The notes below the pieces were generated by a model that saw nothing but the letters and a program-made list of their open reading frames with translations, made no database searches and was not told where the DNA came from. DNA of 64,000 nucleotides, taken from assembly GCA_964482725.1 (NCBI GenBank), contig CAYZYT010000009.1, positions 19,832 through 83,831 on the forward strand, given 5' to 3'. A program made the position numbers and the translations under genes. Source of the stretch: an uncultured bacterium (GTDB taxonomy: Bacteria; Omnitrophota; Omnitrophia; Omnitrophales; Aquincolibacteriaceae). How positions within the stretch are numbered: the first letter of the stretch is position 1; the number at the start of each line of letters is the position of its first letter. Of this stretch, positions 17,567 through 26,769 are shown one piece after another.

Positions 17567-18685
17567 ATGAAGATCCTGCATATGACGACCCACCTCAATA
17601 CCGGGGGTATTACCACGTATATCCGGACTTTGGCGGGAGAACAGGTCAAGGCTGGGCATGATGTGTTCATCTGGGGCGCCCGCGGGATATGTTCGGAGGA
17701 TCTGAGAACCCAGGGAATCACGGTCTTAGACGATGTCCTGCGTTTTAAAAGCGAGCTTTCTCCGAGGCTTTGGCTCGCGTTGCCCAAACTGATCCATGTC
17801 CTGAAGACCCACTCCATCGATATCGTTCACACGCATACTCGCGTGACCCAGGTGCTCATGGCCGGAGCGACCTTTTTTATTAAAATCCCCTTTGTCTCGA
17901 CGGCGCATATGTTCTACAAACGTCGTTTGGGCCGCCGTCTTTTTCCATGTTGGGGGAAAGCGATCATTGCTATCTCCAAAGTCATGGAAGCAGGGTTGCG
18001 GACGATCTTTAAGGGGGAAAAAATGCCTCCCGTCACCGTGGTGGAGAACGGGATCGATGTGGAGAAGTTGCGCGCGCAGTTTGACGCGGTCGATCGTGAC
18101 AAGGTCCGGGAAAGTTATGGGTATCGGAAAGAGGATCTTGTGATTTTGTCTCTTTCCCGATTGATCCCCGCTAAGGGAGTTCACTTTCTGATCGAGGCTT
18201 TCGCGGTGGCGCATCAAGAGGCCCCGGAATTAAAATTGCTCATCGCGGGCGACGGAGATCCGGATTACACCCAAGGACTGCGGGCTCGCGTTACGGCATT
18301 GCGCCTTGAAGAGGCCGTGCTTTTTGCCGGGAATGAACTCGAGATCGGAAAACCATTGCGTGCCGGGGATTTTTTTGCGGCGCCGTATCTTTGGCCGGAG
18401 GCTTTCGGACTGTCCGTGTTGGAGGCTATGGCGGTCGGATTGCCCGTGGCGGGATCGATCTCCGGGGCGATCGTGGATCTTTTAGGCCATGGGGAATATG
18501 GCCTGCTCTTCGAAAGCGGGAATATCGCTGACCTTGCCTCCTGCCTTCTTCGCTACGGGAAGGACGCGTCGTTACGTTCCCAAATGGGGGCAGCGGCTTG
18601 CAAGGCTGCCAGGGAATACACCTCCGTTAAGATGTGCGAACGTATCCAGAAGGTCTATGAAAATGTTCTCCGGGAAAAAATATGA
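17567..18685 (+). CDS. Glycosyltransferase family 4 (GT-B)
   Basis: GGITTY, DIVHTH, ENGID, RLIPAKG, EAFGLSVLEAMAVG. Confidence 0.92.
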   Translation: MKILHMTTHLNTGGITTYIRTLAGEQVKAGHDVFIWGARGICSEDLRTQGITVLDDVLRFKSELSPRLWLALPKLIHVLKTHSIDIVHTHTRVTQVLMAGATFFIKIPFVSTAHMFYKRRLGRRLFPCWGKAIIAISKVMEAGLRTIFKGEKMPPVTVVENGIDVEKLRAQFDAVDRDKVRESYGYRKEDLVILSLSRLIPAKGVHFLIEAFAVAHQEAPELKLLIAGDGDPDYTQGLRARVTALRLEEAVLFAGNELEIGKPLRAGDFFAAPYLWPEAFGLSVLEAMAVGLPVAGSISGAIVDLLGHGEYGLLFESGNIADLASCLLRYGKDASLRSQMGAAACKAAREYTSVKMCERIQKVYENVLREKI

Positions 18686-19374
18686 AGAAATTGATCCCGA
18701 TCCTCGCCTATCACAGCCTCGATCCCGATCGGTTTCAGAATAAGCTTGCGATTAGTGCCGATCTTTTTCGGAAACAGATGGTTTGGCTCAATCAAAATCG
18801 ATGTCAGGGGATAGGGCTTGAGACGTGTGCGAAACGGTCTTGGCGGGAAAATTTTTGGGAGCGTAAAGTCGCGATCACATTCGACGATGGTTATCTGGAT
18901 AACTACCAGCGTGCTTTCCCCATTCTCAAAGAATTCGGGTTTTCGGCAGCTTTTTTTGTGACCCCGGAGTCTGTAGGGAAGCAAGGCTTCATGACCTGGG
19001 AGATGCTTCGCGAGATGGCGGCCGTGCCCGGGATCGAGATCGGAAGCCACTCTCTTGAGCACAAGCCGCTTTCCGATATTCCCGAACAAGAAGCCTGGAC
19101 TTCCCTGGTGGCTTCTAAGAAGATCCTGGAAGATAAACTCGGCCGCGAAATAAAGGGGATCTCTTATCCGTGCGGTTCCTTTAATGAAAGGGTTGTTGAA
19201 ATGGCCCGTGGCGCGGGGTATGCCTATGGTTGTGCGGCAAGTCATGTGCATGACCGGAAATTCATTGGAAATCCCTATCTTTTGAGGCGTATCAAGATCT
19301 CCGCTTCCTCGGGCTCCCACCTCGCTTTCAGCCTCCGTCTTTCCGGTTTCTATCACTTCTTCGGAAGACCCTGA
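18682..19374 (+). CDS. Polysaccharide deacetylase (CE4)
   Basis: PILAYH, ITFDDGYLDNY, EIGSHS..H, SYPCG. Confidence 0.92.
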   Translation: MKKLIPILAYHSLDPDRFQNKLAISADLFRKQMVWLNQNRCQGIGLETCAKRSWRENFWERKVAITFDDGYLDNYQRAFPILKEFGFSAAFFVTPESVGKQGFMTWEMLREMAAVPGIEIGSHSLEHKPLSDIPEQEAWTSLVASKKILEDKLGREIKGISYPCGSFNERVVEMARGAGYAYGCAASHVHDRKFIGNPYLLRRIKISASSGSHLAFSLRLSGFYHFFGRP

Positions 19375-19387
19375 ACTTTCCGGCATG

Positions 19388-19517
19388 ACGCCCAAGTCTT
19401 TATTTTATATTCATCCATGGCGACTTGGGCAGTCCCAATACTTATCAATTTCAGCGAAGCAGAAATTGGGGCAGTCCAAACTGCCGTTTTGGAAAAGAAA
19501 TGAAAAGTTTGGACAGC
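19388..19517. repeat. Multi-hairpin palindromic element (CCCAAT/ATTGGG family)
   Basis: GCCCAAGTC/GACTTGGGC, GTCCCAAT/ATTGGGGC and GTCCAAACT/AGTTTGGAC. It resembles the elements at 26885 and 44806. Confidence 0.7.
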
Positions 19518-19551
19518 CATGCTCAATCGTCTATTTTTACAAAAGAGGATT

Positions 19552-20634
19552 ATGACGAAACAAAAGCGCAAATCCATCGTGGTCGGGATGTCAGGCGGTG
19601 TGGATTCCTCCATGGCGCTCGTGCTTCTGAAAGAAAAAGGTTGGGACCCCGTCGGTGTTTCGCTCAAATATCCCGTCTGGAAGGATGAGGCGAATTGTTT
19701 GCGGGAGAACGTCTGCTGCAGCACGGAATCCTTTGAGATTGCTGCGAGCGTTTGCAAGAAACTCGATGTTCCTTACCACATTTTCGATGTCTCGCGCGAT
19801 TTCAAAAAAGAGGTTATCGATTATTTTCTGGATCGGTTGCGCGATCATAAGACCCCGAATCCCTGCGTGATGTGCAACCGGCATCTCAAATTCAAGAAGC
19901 TTCTGGAATGGGCCAAACGACACGGCATGGATCATGTGGCGACCGGGCATTATGCCCGGGTTCGCAAGAATCTGAAGACCCGGAAATTCGAACTTCGTGC
20001 GAGCCAAGATGAGAATAAGGATCAGACTTATTCACTCAGTTTTCTTTCGCAGGAGCAACTCCGTCACATCGTGCTTCCGCTTGGGGATTACACCAAATCC
20101 GAGATCTACCGGATGGCCGAGGACCATGGCTTCGAGATCTTCCTCAAGCGTAAACAAAGCCAGGATTTTTGTTTCGTCTCCGGAAATGCGATGGAGCCGT
20201 TCCTTGCCAAGGAGATCGGGAGGAACGAAGGCGAGGTTCGGGATGACTTGGGGCAGGTGATCGGCAAACATCAGGGGCTTCATTTTTACACCGTGGGCCA
20301 GCGCAAAGGGCTCGGTTTTTCCGGCGGGCCTTTTTTTGTGACGGGGTCTGATGTGAGCGGTAATATTCTTAAGGTGACCCGTGATGAGAAAAATCTTCTG
20401 AGTCGCGAATTACTCCTGGCCCCTTGCAATTTTATCGGTGGAATGCCCAAGCGCTCTCTGCGCGTCAAGGCGAAAATCCGGTATCGTCAGGAGGCGGCTG
20501 CCGCTGTGCTGCAGCCTCTTTCCGGGAAAAAAGCGAGGATCGTTTTTGATAAACCCCAGAGAGCTGTGACCCCCGGCCAGTTTGCCGTGCTTTATCAGAG
20601 GAATGTTTGCCTTGGGGCGGGGGAGATCCTCTAA
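19552..20634 (+). CDS. mnmA: tRNA-specific 2-thiouridylase MnmA
   Basis: MSGGVDSS, TPNPCVMCN, ATGHY, KDQTY, SQDFCF, YTVGQRKG, TPGQ. Start at ATG 19552 after AGAGG. Confidence 0.96.
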   Translation: MTKQKRKSIVVGMSGGVDSSMALVLLKEKGWDPVGVSLKYPVWKDEANCLRENVCCSTESFEIAASVCKKLDVPYHIFDVSRDFKKEVIDYFLDRLRDHKTPNPCVMCNRHLKFKKLLEWAKRHGMDHVATGHYARVRKNLKTRKFELRASQDENKDQTYSLSFLSQEQLRHIVLPLGDYTKSEIYRMAEDHGFEIFLKRKQSQDFCFVSGNAMEPFLAKEIGRNEGEVRDDLGQVIGKHQGLHFYTVGQRKGLGFSGGPFFVTGSDVSGNILKVTRDEKNLLSRELLLAPCNFIGGMPKRSLRVKAKIRYRQEAAAAVLQPLSGKKARIVFDKPQRAVTPGQFAVLYQRNVCLGAGEIL

Positions 20635-20708
20635 AACAGGATAGCGGAGGGAGGATGGCGAGAAACGGCTTGCTCCATTCGCCCTCCGTTATCCGGTATT
20701 GGCATTCA

Positions 20709-20737
20709 TTGACAAGGCCCAGCAAAACGATAATAAT
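20709..20737 (+). promoter_or_regulatory. Putative sigma70 promoter
   Basis: TTGACA-17 nt-AATAAT. Confidence 0.5.
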
Positions 20738-20784
20738 GAGCGCGTAATTTTTGATCCCCACACTATCTCCAAAGGAGAGCGACC

Positions 20785-21321
20785 ATGGCCAATAATAAAA
20801 AGAAAGAAGATGTCCAGGAGAAGATTCTCGACGTTGATGCGAGCATGCAGGGGACGATCGCGTTCAAGGACCCCGTCAATTTGAGAATCAATGGAAGCTT
20901 TGAAGGCAAGCTCGACACGCGCGGCAATCTCACGATCGGCGAAAATGCCAAGGTGAGCGCGAATATCCACGGCGATAATATCGTGATCGCCGGAAAAGTT
21001 TCCGGGGACGTTTTTGCGACACGAAGTCTCTCCATCCTTGGGACGGCGACCCTCAAAGGGAATCTTACCACTCCGCGTTTGAGCATCGGAGAAGGCGCGA
21101 TCCTTCAGGGGCTTGTGAATATGCAAGGTGTGAGCGCTCCAGACGGGTCGGATGTTTTTCTGACCTTGAAGGACGTGGCGCAGTATCTGGAGGTGGAGGC
21201 CCGTATTATCGAAGAATGGGCCAACTCCAAGAAGATCCCCGCGCGTCTTGATAATGGTCACTGGATTTTCACCAAGGCCGAGGTCGATCAGTGGATCCAG
21301 CAGGAGCGGGCCCGGGTCTAA
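20785..21321 (+). CDS. Bactofilin (polymer-forming cytoskeletal) domain fused to an excisionase-type HTH
   Basis: LRINGSFEGKL..LTIGENAKVSANI..IVIAGKVSG..LSIGEGAILQG, then FLTLKDVAQYLEV..IPA...WIF. Confidence 0.85.
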   Translation: MANNKKKEDVQEKILDVDASMQGTIAFKDPVNLRINGSFEGKLDTRGNLTIGENAKVSANIHGDNIVIAGKVSGDVFATRSLSILGTATLKGNLTTPRLSIGEGAILQGLVNMQGVSAPDGSDVFLTLKDVAQYLEVEARIIEEWANSKKIPARLDNGHWIFTKAEVDQWIQQERARV

Positions 21322-21400
21322 GCTCTTACGTCTCGATCCCGGAGTTTTTGCCTTCGCATACAAGGAACATTTCTTTTCGCCCTAAGGCGGTGGACCTATC

Positions 21401-21709
21401 ATGAATAACATGCTGACCCTCGACGAAGTGAAGAATTTTCTTGAGGTTGAACAACAAGTGATCGAAAAGTTCATCCAGGATGATGTCCTTCACGCCTATA
21501 AGATCGGCGGGGTGTATATCCGCTTTCGAAAAGAAGAGGTCCTCGGTCTTAAATATGATGTCCTGATTAAGAAAAAAAAGGCCGGGGCTTCCGGTTCCTT
21601 CTGGCAGCAGCTGCTGGATTTTTGGCGCTTTAATAATTTTTACATTATCTGCGTTTTGATCATCTTAGCCTTGGGTTATTGGTTCCTTCGCACCACGGTA
21701 TCCTCTTAA
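21401..21709 (+). CDS. Excisionase-type HTH protein with C-terminal transmembrane helix
   Basis: MLTLDEVKNFL..LHAYKIGGVYIRF; hydrophobic C-terminus. Confidence 0.75.
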   Translation: MNNMLTLDEVKNFLEVEQQVIEKFIQDDVLHAYKIGGVYIRFRKEEVLGLKYDVLIKKKKAGASGSFWQQLLDFWRFNNFYIICVLIILALGYWFLRTTVSS

Positions 21710-21719
21710 GGCGGCGCTT

Positions 21720-22103
21720 TTGAAGATCCTTCAGGGAATCGATCTGGTCAAGGTTGAGCGGATGGAAAAGATGATCGAGCGCTCGTCCGGGAAGGCGTTC
21801 CTGGACCGCGTCTTTAGCGTTGCGGAACAAAGCTACTGCGGTTCGAAGCGCATGAAATGCGAGCATTACGCGGCCCGCTTTGCCGCCAAAGAGGCGGTTC
21901 TGAAGGCTTTGAAGGTTCGACCGAAGAAGAACCAGCGGCTTTCCGGTATCGAAGTCGGGCGCGAAGCGACCGGAAAACCCTTTATTATCCTGAACCCGAA
22001 GAGTCGCAAACAGCTCCGTATCCCGGCGCAAGCGCAGATCGAGCTATCGATCGCGCATGAACATGAATATGCGATCGCGACGGTCGTGATCGTGATCCCT
22101 TAG
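21720..22103 (+). CDS. acpS: Holo-[acyl-carrier-protein] synthase
   Basis: GIDLV, AARFAAKEAVLKAL, GKP, LSIAHE. Confidence 0.93.
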   Translation: MKILQGIDLVKVERMEKMIERSSGKAFLDRVFSVAEQSYCGSKRMKCEHYAARFAAKEAVLKALKVRPKKNQRLSGIEVGREATGKPFIILNPKSRKQLRIPAQAQIELSIAHEHEYAIATVVIVIP

Positions 22104-22116
22104 GCGAAAGAAAAAA

Positions 22117-22890
22117 ATGAAACAGAAAACACTCATCATCAATGCGGATGATTGCAACCTGACTTCCCAGGTCACCGAAGCTATTCTGAAGGCTCACGAG
22201 AACGGGATCGTGACCAGTACGACCTTTTTGATCAACCTGCCGGCGGGAACCGACGTGGTCCGGGAGCTTTTGGCCCGGAAAAAACTCGGGATCGGACTTC
22301 ACTTGAATGTGACGCTCGGGAAACCGGTGGCCAAGCCGGAACTTGTGAGATCGCTTCTTCAGAAGGACGGACGCTTCAAGAAAAAAGATCAATATTCTGC
22401 AAAAAAGCTTCCGCCTGTTTCCGAGATCACGGAAGAATTCAAAGCCCAGCTCCAGAAATTCGTCAAGACCTTCAAACGATTGCCGACCCATGTGGATGTT
22501 CATCATCACATGCACGATTTCCGGCCTTTTCTGGAAGCGCTTGCGACGGTCGCCGGGAAGCATGATCTTCCCATTCGCTGGACGCGGCTTTTGACCGAAC
22601 CGGAGATCAGGACTGCGCATAAGGATATCAAGACCACCGACCATTTTTATGGGAACATCGACCCGCATACGTTCTGGACGGAGGAAGTGTTGAGGCATTT
22701 GCTTTTCACGCTTCCGGAGGGGACCAGCGAGATCATGTGCCATCCGGGGTGGGTGGACGATGAGCTTTGCGCCATCAGTTCGCTGACGATCCCTCGTGAG
22801 AGAGAATACCAGCTTTTCAGTTTGAAGGAACTACGCCGGTATGTGGACCATCTCGGGATCAAATTGACGCATTTTGGGGCGCTGAAGTAA
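22117..22890 (+). CDS. ChbG/HpnK (YdjC) family deacetylase
   Basis: LIINADD, GIVTSTT, GLHLN, PTHVDVHHHMH, EIMCHPG. Confidence 0.9.
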   Translation: MKQKTLIINADDCNLTSQVTEAILKAHENGIVTSTTFLINLPAGTDVVRELLARKKLGIGLHLNVTLGKPVAKPELVRSLLQKDGRFKKKDQYSAKKLPPVSEITEEFKAQLQKFVKTFKRLPTHVDVHHHMHDFRPFLEALATVAGKHDLPIRWTRLLTEPEIRTAHKDIKTTDHFYGNIDPHTFWTEEVLRHLLFTLPEGTSEIMCHPGWVDDELCAISSLTIPREREYQLFSLKELRRYVDHLGIKLTHFGALK

Positions 22891-22900
22891 AAGACAAATT

Positions 22901-22973
22901 GTCATTCTGAGGAGCGGAGTGACGAAGAATCTGTTGTGAGATCCTTCTCCCGCTACGGCGGGATCAGGATGAT
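22901..22973. repeat. GTCATTCTGAG...CAGGATGAC palindromic (REP/MITE-like) element, intergenic copy
   Basis: Terminal inverted repeat plus internal GAAGAATCT/AGATCCTTC; sister copies at 27683, 28117 and 46122. Confidence 0.8.
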
Positions 22974-22982
22974 GCTATCGCA

Positions 22983-23174
22983 TCACTTGACGATCGTGCC
23001 GTCAAGCGTCTCGAAGATGATGGTGACGAGATTGTGGCACTTGGGACATTTGATCTGTTTGAAGGCCTGGATATTGTCGTGTTTGGGTCGGTACATGATC
23101 GAGAGGATTTTGGTAACGAAGGTGGCTTCACTGCCGGACCATTGACATGCGGGACAGTTATAAGCTGATTTCAT
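22983..23174 (-). CDS. Small zinc-ribbon protein (63 aa)
   Basis: CPAC...CPKC; GAGG RBS before ATG at 23174. Confidence 0.6.
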   Translation of the reverse strand: MKSAYNCPACQWSGSEATFVTKILSIMYRPKHDNIQAFKQIKCPKCHNLVTIIFETLDGTIVK

Positions 23175-23389
23175 CGGTACCTCGTGTTGGTGTTTGATAA
23201 CCTTCGTTGTGTACGTGTTACAGTACGTAAAAATCATCGGCTTGGGCGCTTAAAAACTTTACCCCGCCGTCGCAAAAAGCCCATTTGTCTTGGCGGGGTT
23301 TCGCCGAAGCTGGAGATGCCACGGTCATAAGGCCGTGAAGCTCAAAATGTGTTTGTCTAAGCAGTTCCTCAAAGGATCCGGAGGGTGTC

Positions 23390-23731
23390 GTGAGAGTTCG
23401 AATGACCGGTCTTATGCTCGTAGGGATGTTTTGCCTCGTCTTGAGTCCTGCCTGTCTTGCGCAGGAGCAAGGGTATTTTGCTCAAATGGGGCAGGCCCTT
23501 AGCCGAGGTGTCAAGAATATCGTCAGTTTTCCCTTGGAGATTCCCGCGACGATCGCTAAACATGACAGGGAAGATGACGGGAACACCCGCGTTTTCCGGG
23601 ATGCTGCTGGCTTTGTGGATGGAACCTTTCGAGCTGTGACAAGGCTGGGCTGCGGTATTTGGGACGTTCTTTTTTCCGTGGTGCCCGGGCAGCAAGATGA
23701 GCTTCCGTTAACACCCAAGACTTTGTTTTAA
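23390..23731 (+). CDS. Small exported/membrane protein (resembles the exosortase-system-associated TIGR04073-like family)
   Basis: Signal peptide, then LSRGVKNIV..PLEIP..G..RAVTRLG.GIWDV..P. Confidence 0.6.
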   Translation: MRVRMTGLMLVGMFCLVLSPACLAQEQGYFAQMGQALSRGVKNIVSFPLEIPATIAKHDREDDGNTRVFRDAAGFVDGTFRAVTRLGCGIWDVLFSVVPGQQDELPLTPKTLF

Positions 23732-23783
23732 TTTGAAGATTTATCAGATTTTCTTAAAATCCGTTTGTGCCCGGGAGGGAAAG

Positions 23784-24716
23784 ATGTCGAGGATTGCTTT
23801 TTTATGTGCTTTGACGATTTTAACCGGTGCTTTAGCAACGGTTGCCCATGCCGGCAAAGTGGAACTGACGACCTACTATCCCGCGCCGATGGGAGAGTAT
23901 CAAACTTTAAACACAACAGAAAGTGCTTACTTTGCCACCACCTCCGGGAGTGTCGGCATCGGGACGACCACTCCGAATTATGCCGGCTACGGCGGGCGGG
24001 GTCTGACCATCAATTCGCTCGGCCGTGCTTCTTATATCGAACTTTTCAGGAACGAGAACGTGGGGACGGACTCCATGGTCGGCGCGTGGCGGGCCGGGAC
24101 GGATGTGAACTCCGCTATCGCCGGGATCGATTTTTTGACCGGGCACGATGATAAGGCCAAAGGTGCGATTTCATTTAAGGTCTACAAATCGGGAAGTCTT
24201 AGTGACGCAGTGAACGAAGTCATGCGCATTACGGATGATGGAAGCGTCGCTATCAATAATACCCTGACACTGGCTCCGGTCACCGGTGCTGCGAGCGCCC
24301 AATCCGGTGGAACGGCGGGTTCTCTTCGCTACAGCTCAGACGCCGGAGGGGCGGGCATCGGCGGGGTTCTTTATAAGGACGGTTCGGGGTGGCAAAAACT
24401 TTCAAAGCCAGCCCTCGGGAACTGGCTCAACAGTTTTGTGAAAAATACGGTATATCGAGCCAGTGGCGACGGTTTTGTGCTAGCGTCGGTCTATTTTGAC
24501 GGTGGATCTTATGGCCTTCCGGCTGATACTCCTGCATTTCAAGCGTATACGGATTCTAACAGTTCTCCCACGACCATGGTTGTGGGGACAGGTTATGGCG
24601 GCAGGATCGATCTTTTCTCTATGACATTTCCCGTAAAAAAAGGGGATTATTGGAAAGTCGTCTTTTTGGGGAATAGTGTTACTCAACCTACGATATGGTG
24701 GATCCCTCTGGAGTAG
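23784..24716 (+). CDS. Exported TTYYPAP-family protein with fibre-like repeats and a variable C-terminus (paralog 1)
   Basis: Signal peptide, GKVELTTYYPAPMGEY, GSVGIGTTTP, EVMRITDDGSV; GGAGG RBS. Confidence 0.8.
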   Translation: MSRIAFLCALTILTGALATVAHAGKVELTTYYPAPMGEYQTLNTTESAYFATTSGSVGIGTTTPNYAGYGGRGLTINSLGRASYIELFRNENVGTDSMVGAWRAGTDVNSAIAGIDFLTGHDDKAKGAISFKVYKSGSLSDAVNEVMRITDDGSVAINNTLTLAPVTGAASAQSGGTAGSLRYSSDAGGAGIGGVLYKDGSGWQKLSKPALGNWLNSFVKNTVYRASGDGFVLASVYFDGGSYGLPADTPAFQAYTDSNSSPTTMVVGTGYGGRIDLFSMTFPVKKGDYWKVVFLGNSVTQPTIWWIPLE

Positions 24717-24895
24717 TTCTTTGCCAGGTTCTGCCGTTGGGCGGAGGGTATGTTCAATGTTTCGGCTCGAGTTTTTTTATCAGGCGTTCTGGAAAAAGAA
24801 AAGCAGGACTATGGCATCCCCTATGCCAGCAGGGAATGTAAACGAAGTTTCGATGGAACAGAATGCTATCCGCATGAGCGGGGAGGAGGCGTGGA

Positions 24896-25393
24896 ATGCT
24901 TAGGAATATTTTTTGGGGCAGCTTGATTGCTTTCGTCTTAACGATGGCGCCTTCCATTTACGCCGGCAAAGTGGAGTTGACCACCTACTATCCCGCGCCG
25001 ATGGGGGAATATCAGGATCTGAAGGCGACGAACAGTGTCGAGGTGGGAACGCCCGCTGTTCCCGGAACCTTCAAATTGGTCGACGGTCATCAGACCAATA
25101 AGTATGTTTTAACTTCGGACGCAAATGGTGTGGGCACTTGGCAGGCCAATAGCGCTTCCCCCGCGGGTTGGACATGCGGCGTGGTGTCGGCGACCCAACA
25201 CATGACCGCGGCTTATTCCAATTTTACAGTATGGTGTCCTGTTCCAAGAAAGCCTATTTCCGGCGGGATGAGGGGGTGGACTGAATCCCAGATCCTTATG
25301 CCGGTCCAATCGGGAAATCAGTTTGGCTATACGGCGACCAATGGTTCTGCTGTTCCGACTGATATTTCAGTCAACGTTCTTTGCTGCGAATAA
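24896..25393 (+). CDS. Exported TTYYPAP-family protein (paralog 2)
   Basis: Signal peptide, GKVELTTYYPAPMGEY, VLTSDANGVGTWQ, Cys-containing C-terminal tip. Confidence 0.8.
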   Translation: MLRNIFWGSLIAFVLTMAPSIYAGKVELTTYYPAPMGEYQDLKATNSVEVGTPAVPGTFKLVDGHQTNKYVLTSDANGVGTWQANSASPAGWTCGVVSATQHMTAAYSNFTVWCPVPRKPISGGMRGWTESQILMPVQSGNQFGYTATNGSAVPTDISVNVLCCE

Positions 25394-25480
25394 AGGCCGG
25401 AAGAGACACTGATAAAAGGCCGCATTTTCATGCGCCCGCTTGAGACCGTAAGTTTGGGCGATCGCGGCCACATCCATGCC

Positions 25481-26278
25481 ATGAATCTGAAGCGAACGAG
25501 CCTTCTTTGTTTTTTTCTCCTGAGCGGCATTTTCTCGCCGCCTGTTTTTTCAGCCCCGATGATTTCTCCTCCCGCGAAGGCGTTTTCTTCTCGCCCCTCG
25601 AGTGATCTACCTTATTTAACGCTCGTCTTTATGCCCTTGCATTATGCGAAACCGTCCGCGTTTCGACAGGATGTCGATACCCTTTTCGCTGAGTTAAAAA
25701 AAGAGCCCCCTTTCAATAAGTTTGACAGACTCAGGATCTATTTGCTGGAAGAGTCCTCTTCGGACGAGGAATTTTTCCGGAAGACAGACGCCTTTCCTTT
25801 TCTGGAACCCAAAAGAGATTTCTTGGATCAGCTGAGTCTGATGCTCGGGGGTCCTTATAAATTGATCGTTCTGGATCAGAAGGGAAGTGCCACGGGCGCG
25901 CAGTTGTCGGATTTATCACACGTGTCGGTGATCATCCTTGGCCGGAAGGTTTCTTCGGGGGATTCCGGATTTTCATGTGCTTTTCTGCATGAAATTGGGC
26001 ATAGCCTTGGCTTGCGTGAGGAAGGGGCTTTTAGCAGCGAACCGGTCGTTCCGGGTCCGCCCAATTGCGCTATCGACCGAGCGACGGCTGAAAAATGGTG
26101 GGGCGACATGGTGCCTCAGGACAAACGCGTCGGCTATTTTGAATTTGAGGCCGGAGGGAAAAAATTTATCAAACCGACGCGTTATTCCGTGATGTCGAAC
26201 TCTGCTCGGTTTGGATCCTACGGACCGGTGAACGAGCGGTATTTGCGGACGATCCTGGATGGCCCTAAGCAGAGTTAA
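25481..26278 (+). CDS. Exported zinc metallopeptidase (HEXXH, M64-like)
   Basis: AFLHEIGHSLGLREE, later SVM..YGPVN; N-terminal hydrophobic segment; start uncertain. Confidence 0.7.
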   Translation: MNLKRTSLLCFFLLSGIFSPPVFSAPMISPPAKAFSSRPSSDLPYLTLVFMPLHYAKPSAFRQDVDTLFAELKKEPPFNKFDRLRIYLLEESSSDEEFFRKTDAFPFLEPKRDFLDQLSLMLGGPYKLIVLDQKGSATGAQLSDLSHVSVIILGRKVSSGDSGFSCAFLHEIGHSLGLREEGAFSSEPVVPGPPNCAIDRATAEKWWGDMVPQDKRVGYFEFEAGGKKFIKPTRYSVMSNSARFGSYGPVNERYLRTILDGPKQS

Positions 26279-26340
26279 TTCCGTGTCTTGCGGTTGTTTC
26301 TCTCGCGGTTATTTATTTAGTAAAGGGCTTCACGCTTTCC

Positions 26341-26369
26341 TTGTAAAACCCTCTCATCTTAAGTAGAAT
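26341..26369 (+). promoter_or_regulatory. Putative sigma70 promoter for tRNA-Ala/tRNA-Leu
   Basis: TTGTAA-17 nt-TAGAAT. Confidence 0.55.
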
Positions 26370-26424
26370 ACCGCCTCTTGCGACTTCGGAAGACAGACGG
26401 TTTTTTGAATGAAATGATTTTTTT

Positions 26425-26500
<76 letters not shown>

Positions 26501-26581
26501 ATTCTCAATGAATGGGTGCCACGCCGTCAGGACTTCCTTGAGTCCTGACGGCGACGGCATCATTTTTTTGTTCTGTGCCGT

Positions 26582-26665
26582 GCGGGGATGGCGGAACTGG
26601 CAGACGCACTGGACTCAAAATCCAGCGGTAGCAATACCATGAGAGTTCGACTCTCTCTCTCCGCA
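26582..26665 (+). tRNA. tRNA-Leu (CAA)
   Basis: Acceptor GCGGGGA/TCTCCGC, anticodon arm CTGGA-CTCAAAA-TCCAG, long variable arm, GTTCGACT; CCA not encoded. Confidence 0.95.
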
Positions 26666-26686
26666 GTATTTCATATTTCGTCCAGC

Positions 26687-26762
26687 GCATATCGTATTTC
26701 GTATATCGAAAAAAATCGCGCGTAGATTTTTACGACATGCGAGGCACGAATAACGACATACG
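26687..26762. repeat. Imperfect heptamer-repeat inverted element
   Basis: CGTATTT/CGTATAT units opposed by CGACATG/CGACATA units; similar element at 33921-33973. Confidence 0.55.
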
Positions 26763-26769
26763 GTCTCCT

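Noticed and set aside
20785-21709. Excisionase genes indicating a mobile element
   Set aside because: The HTH domains are fused to bactofilin or a TM helix and sit in an operon with acpS; there is no integrase.
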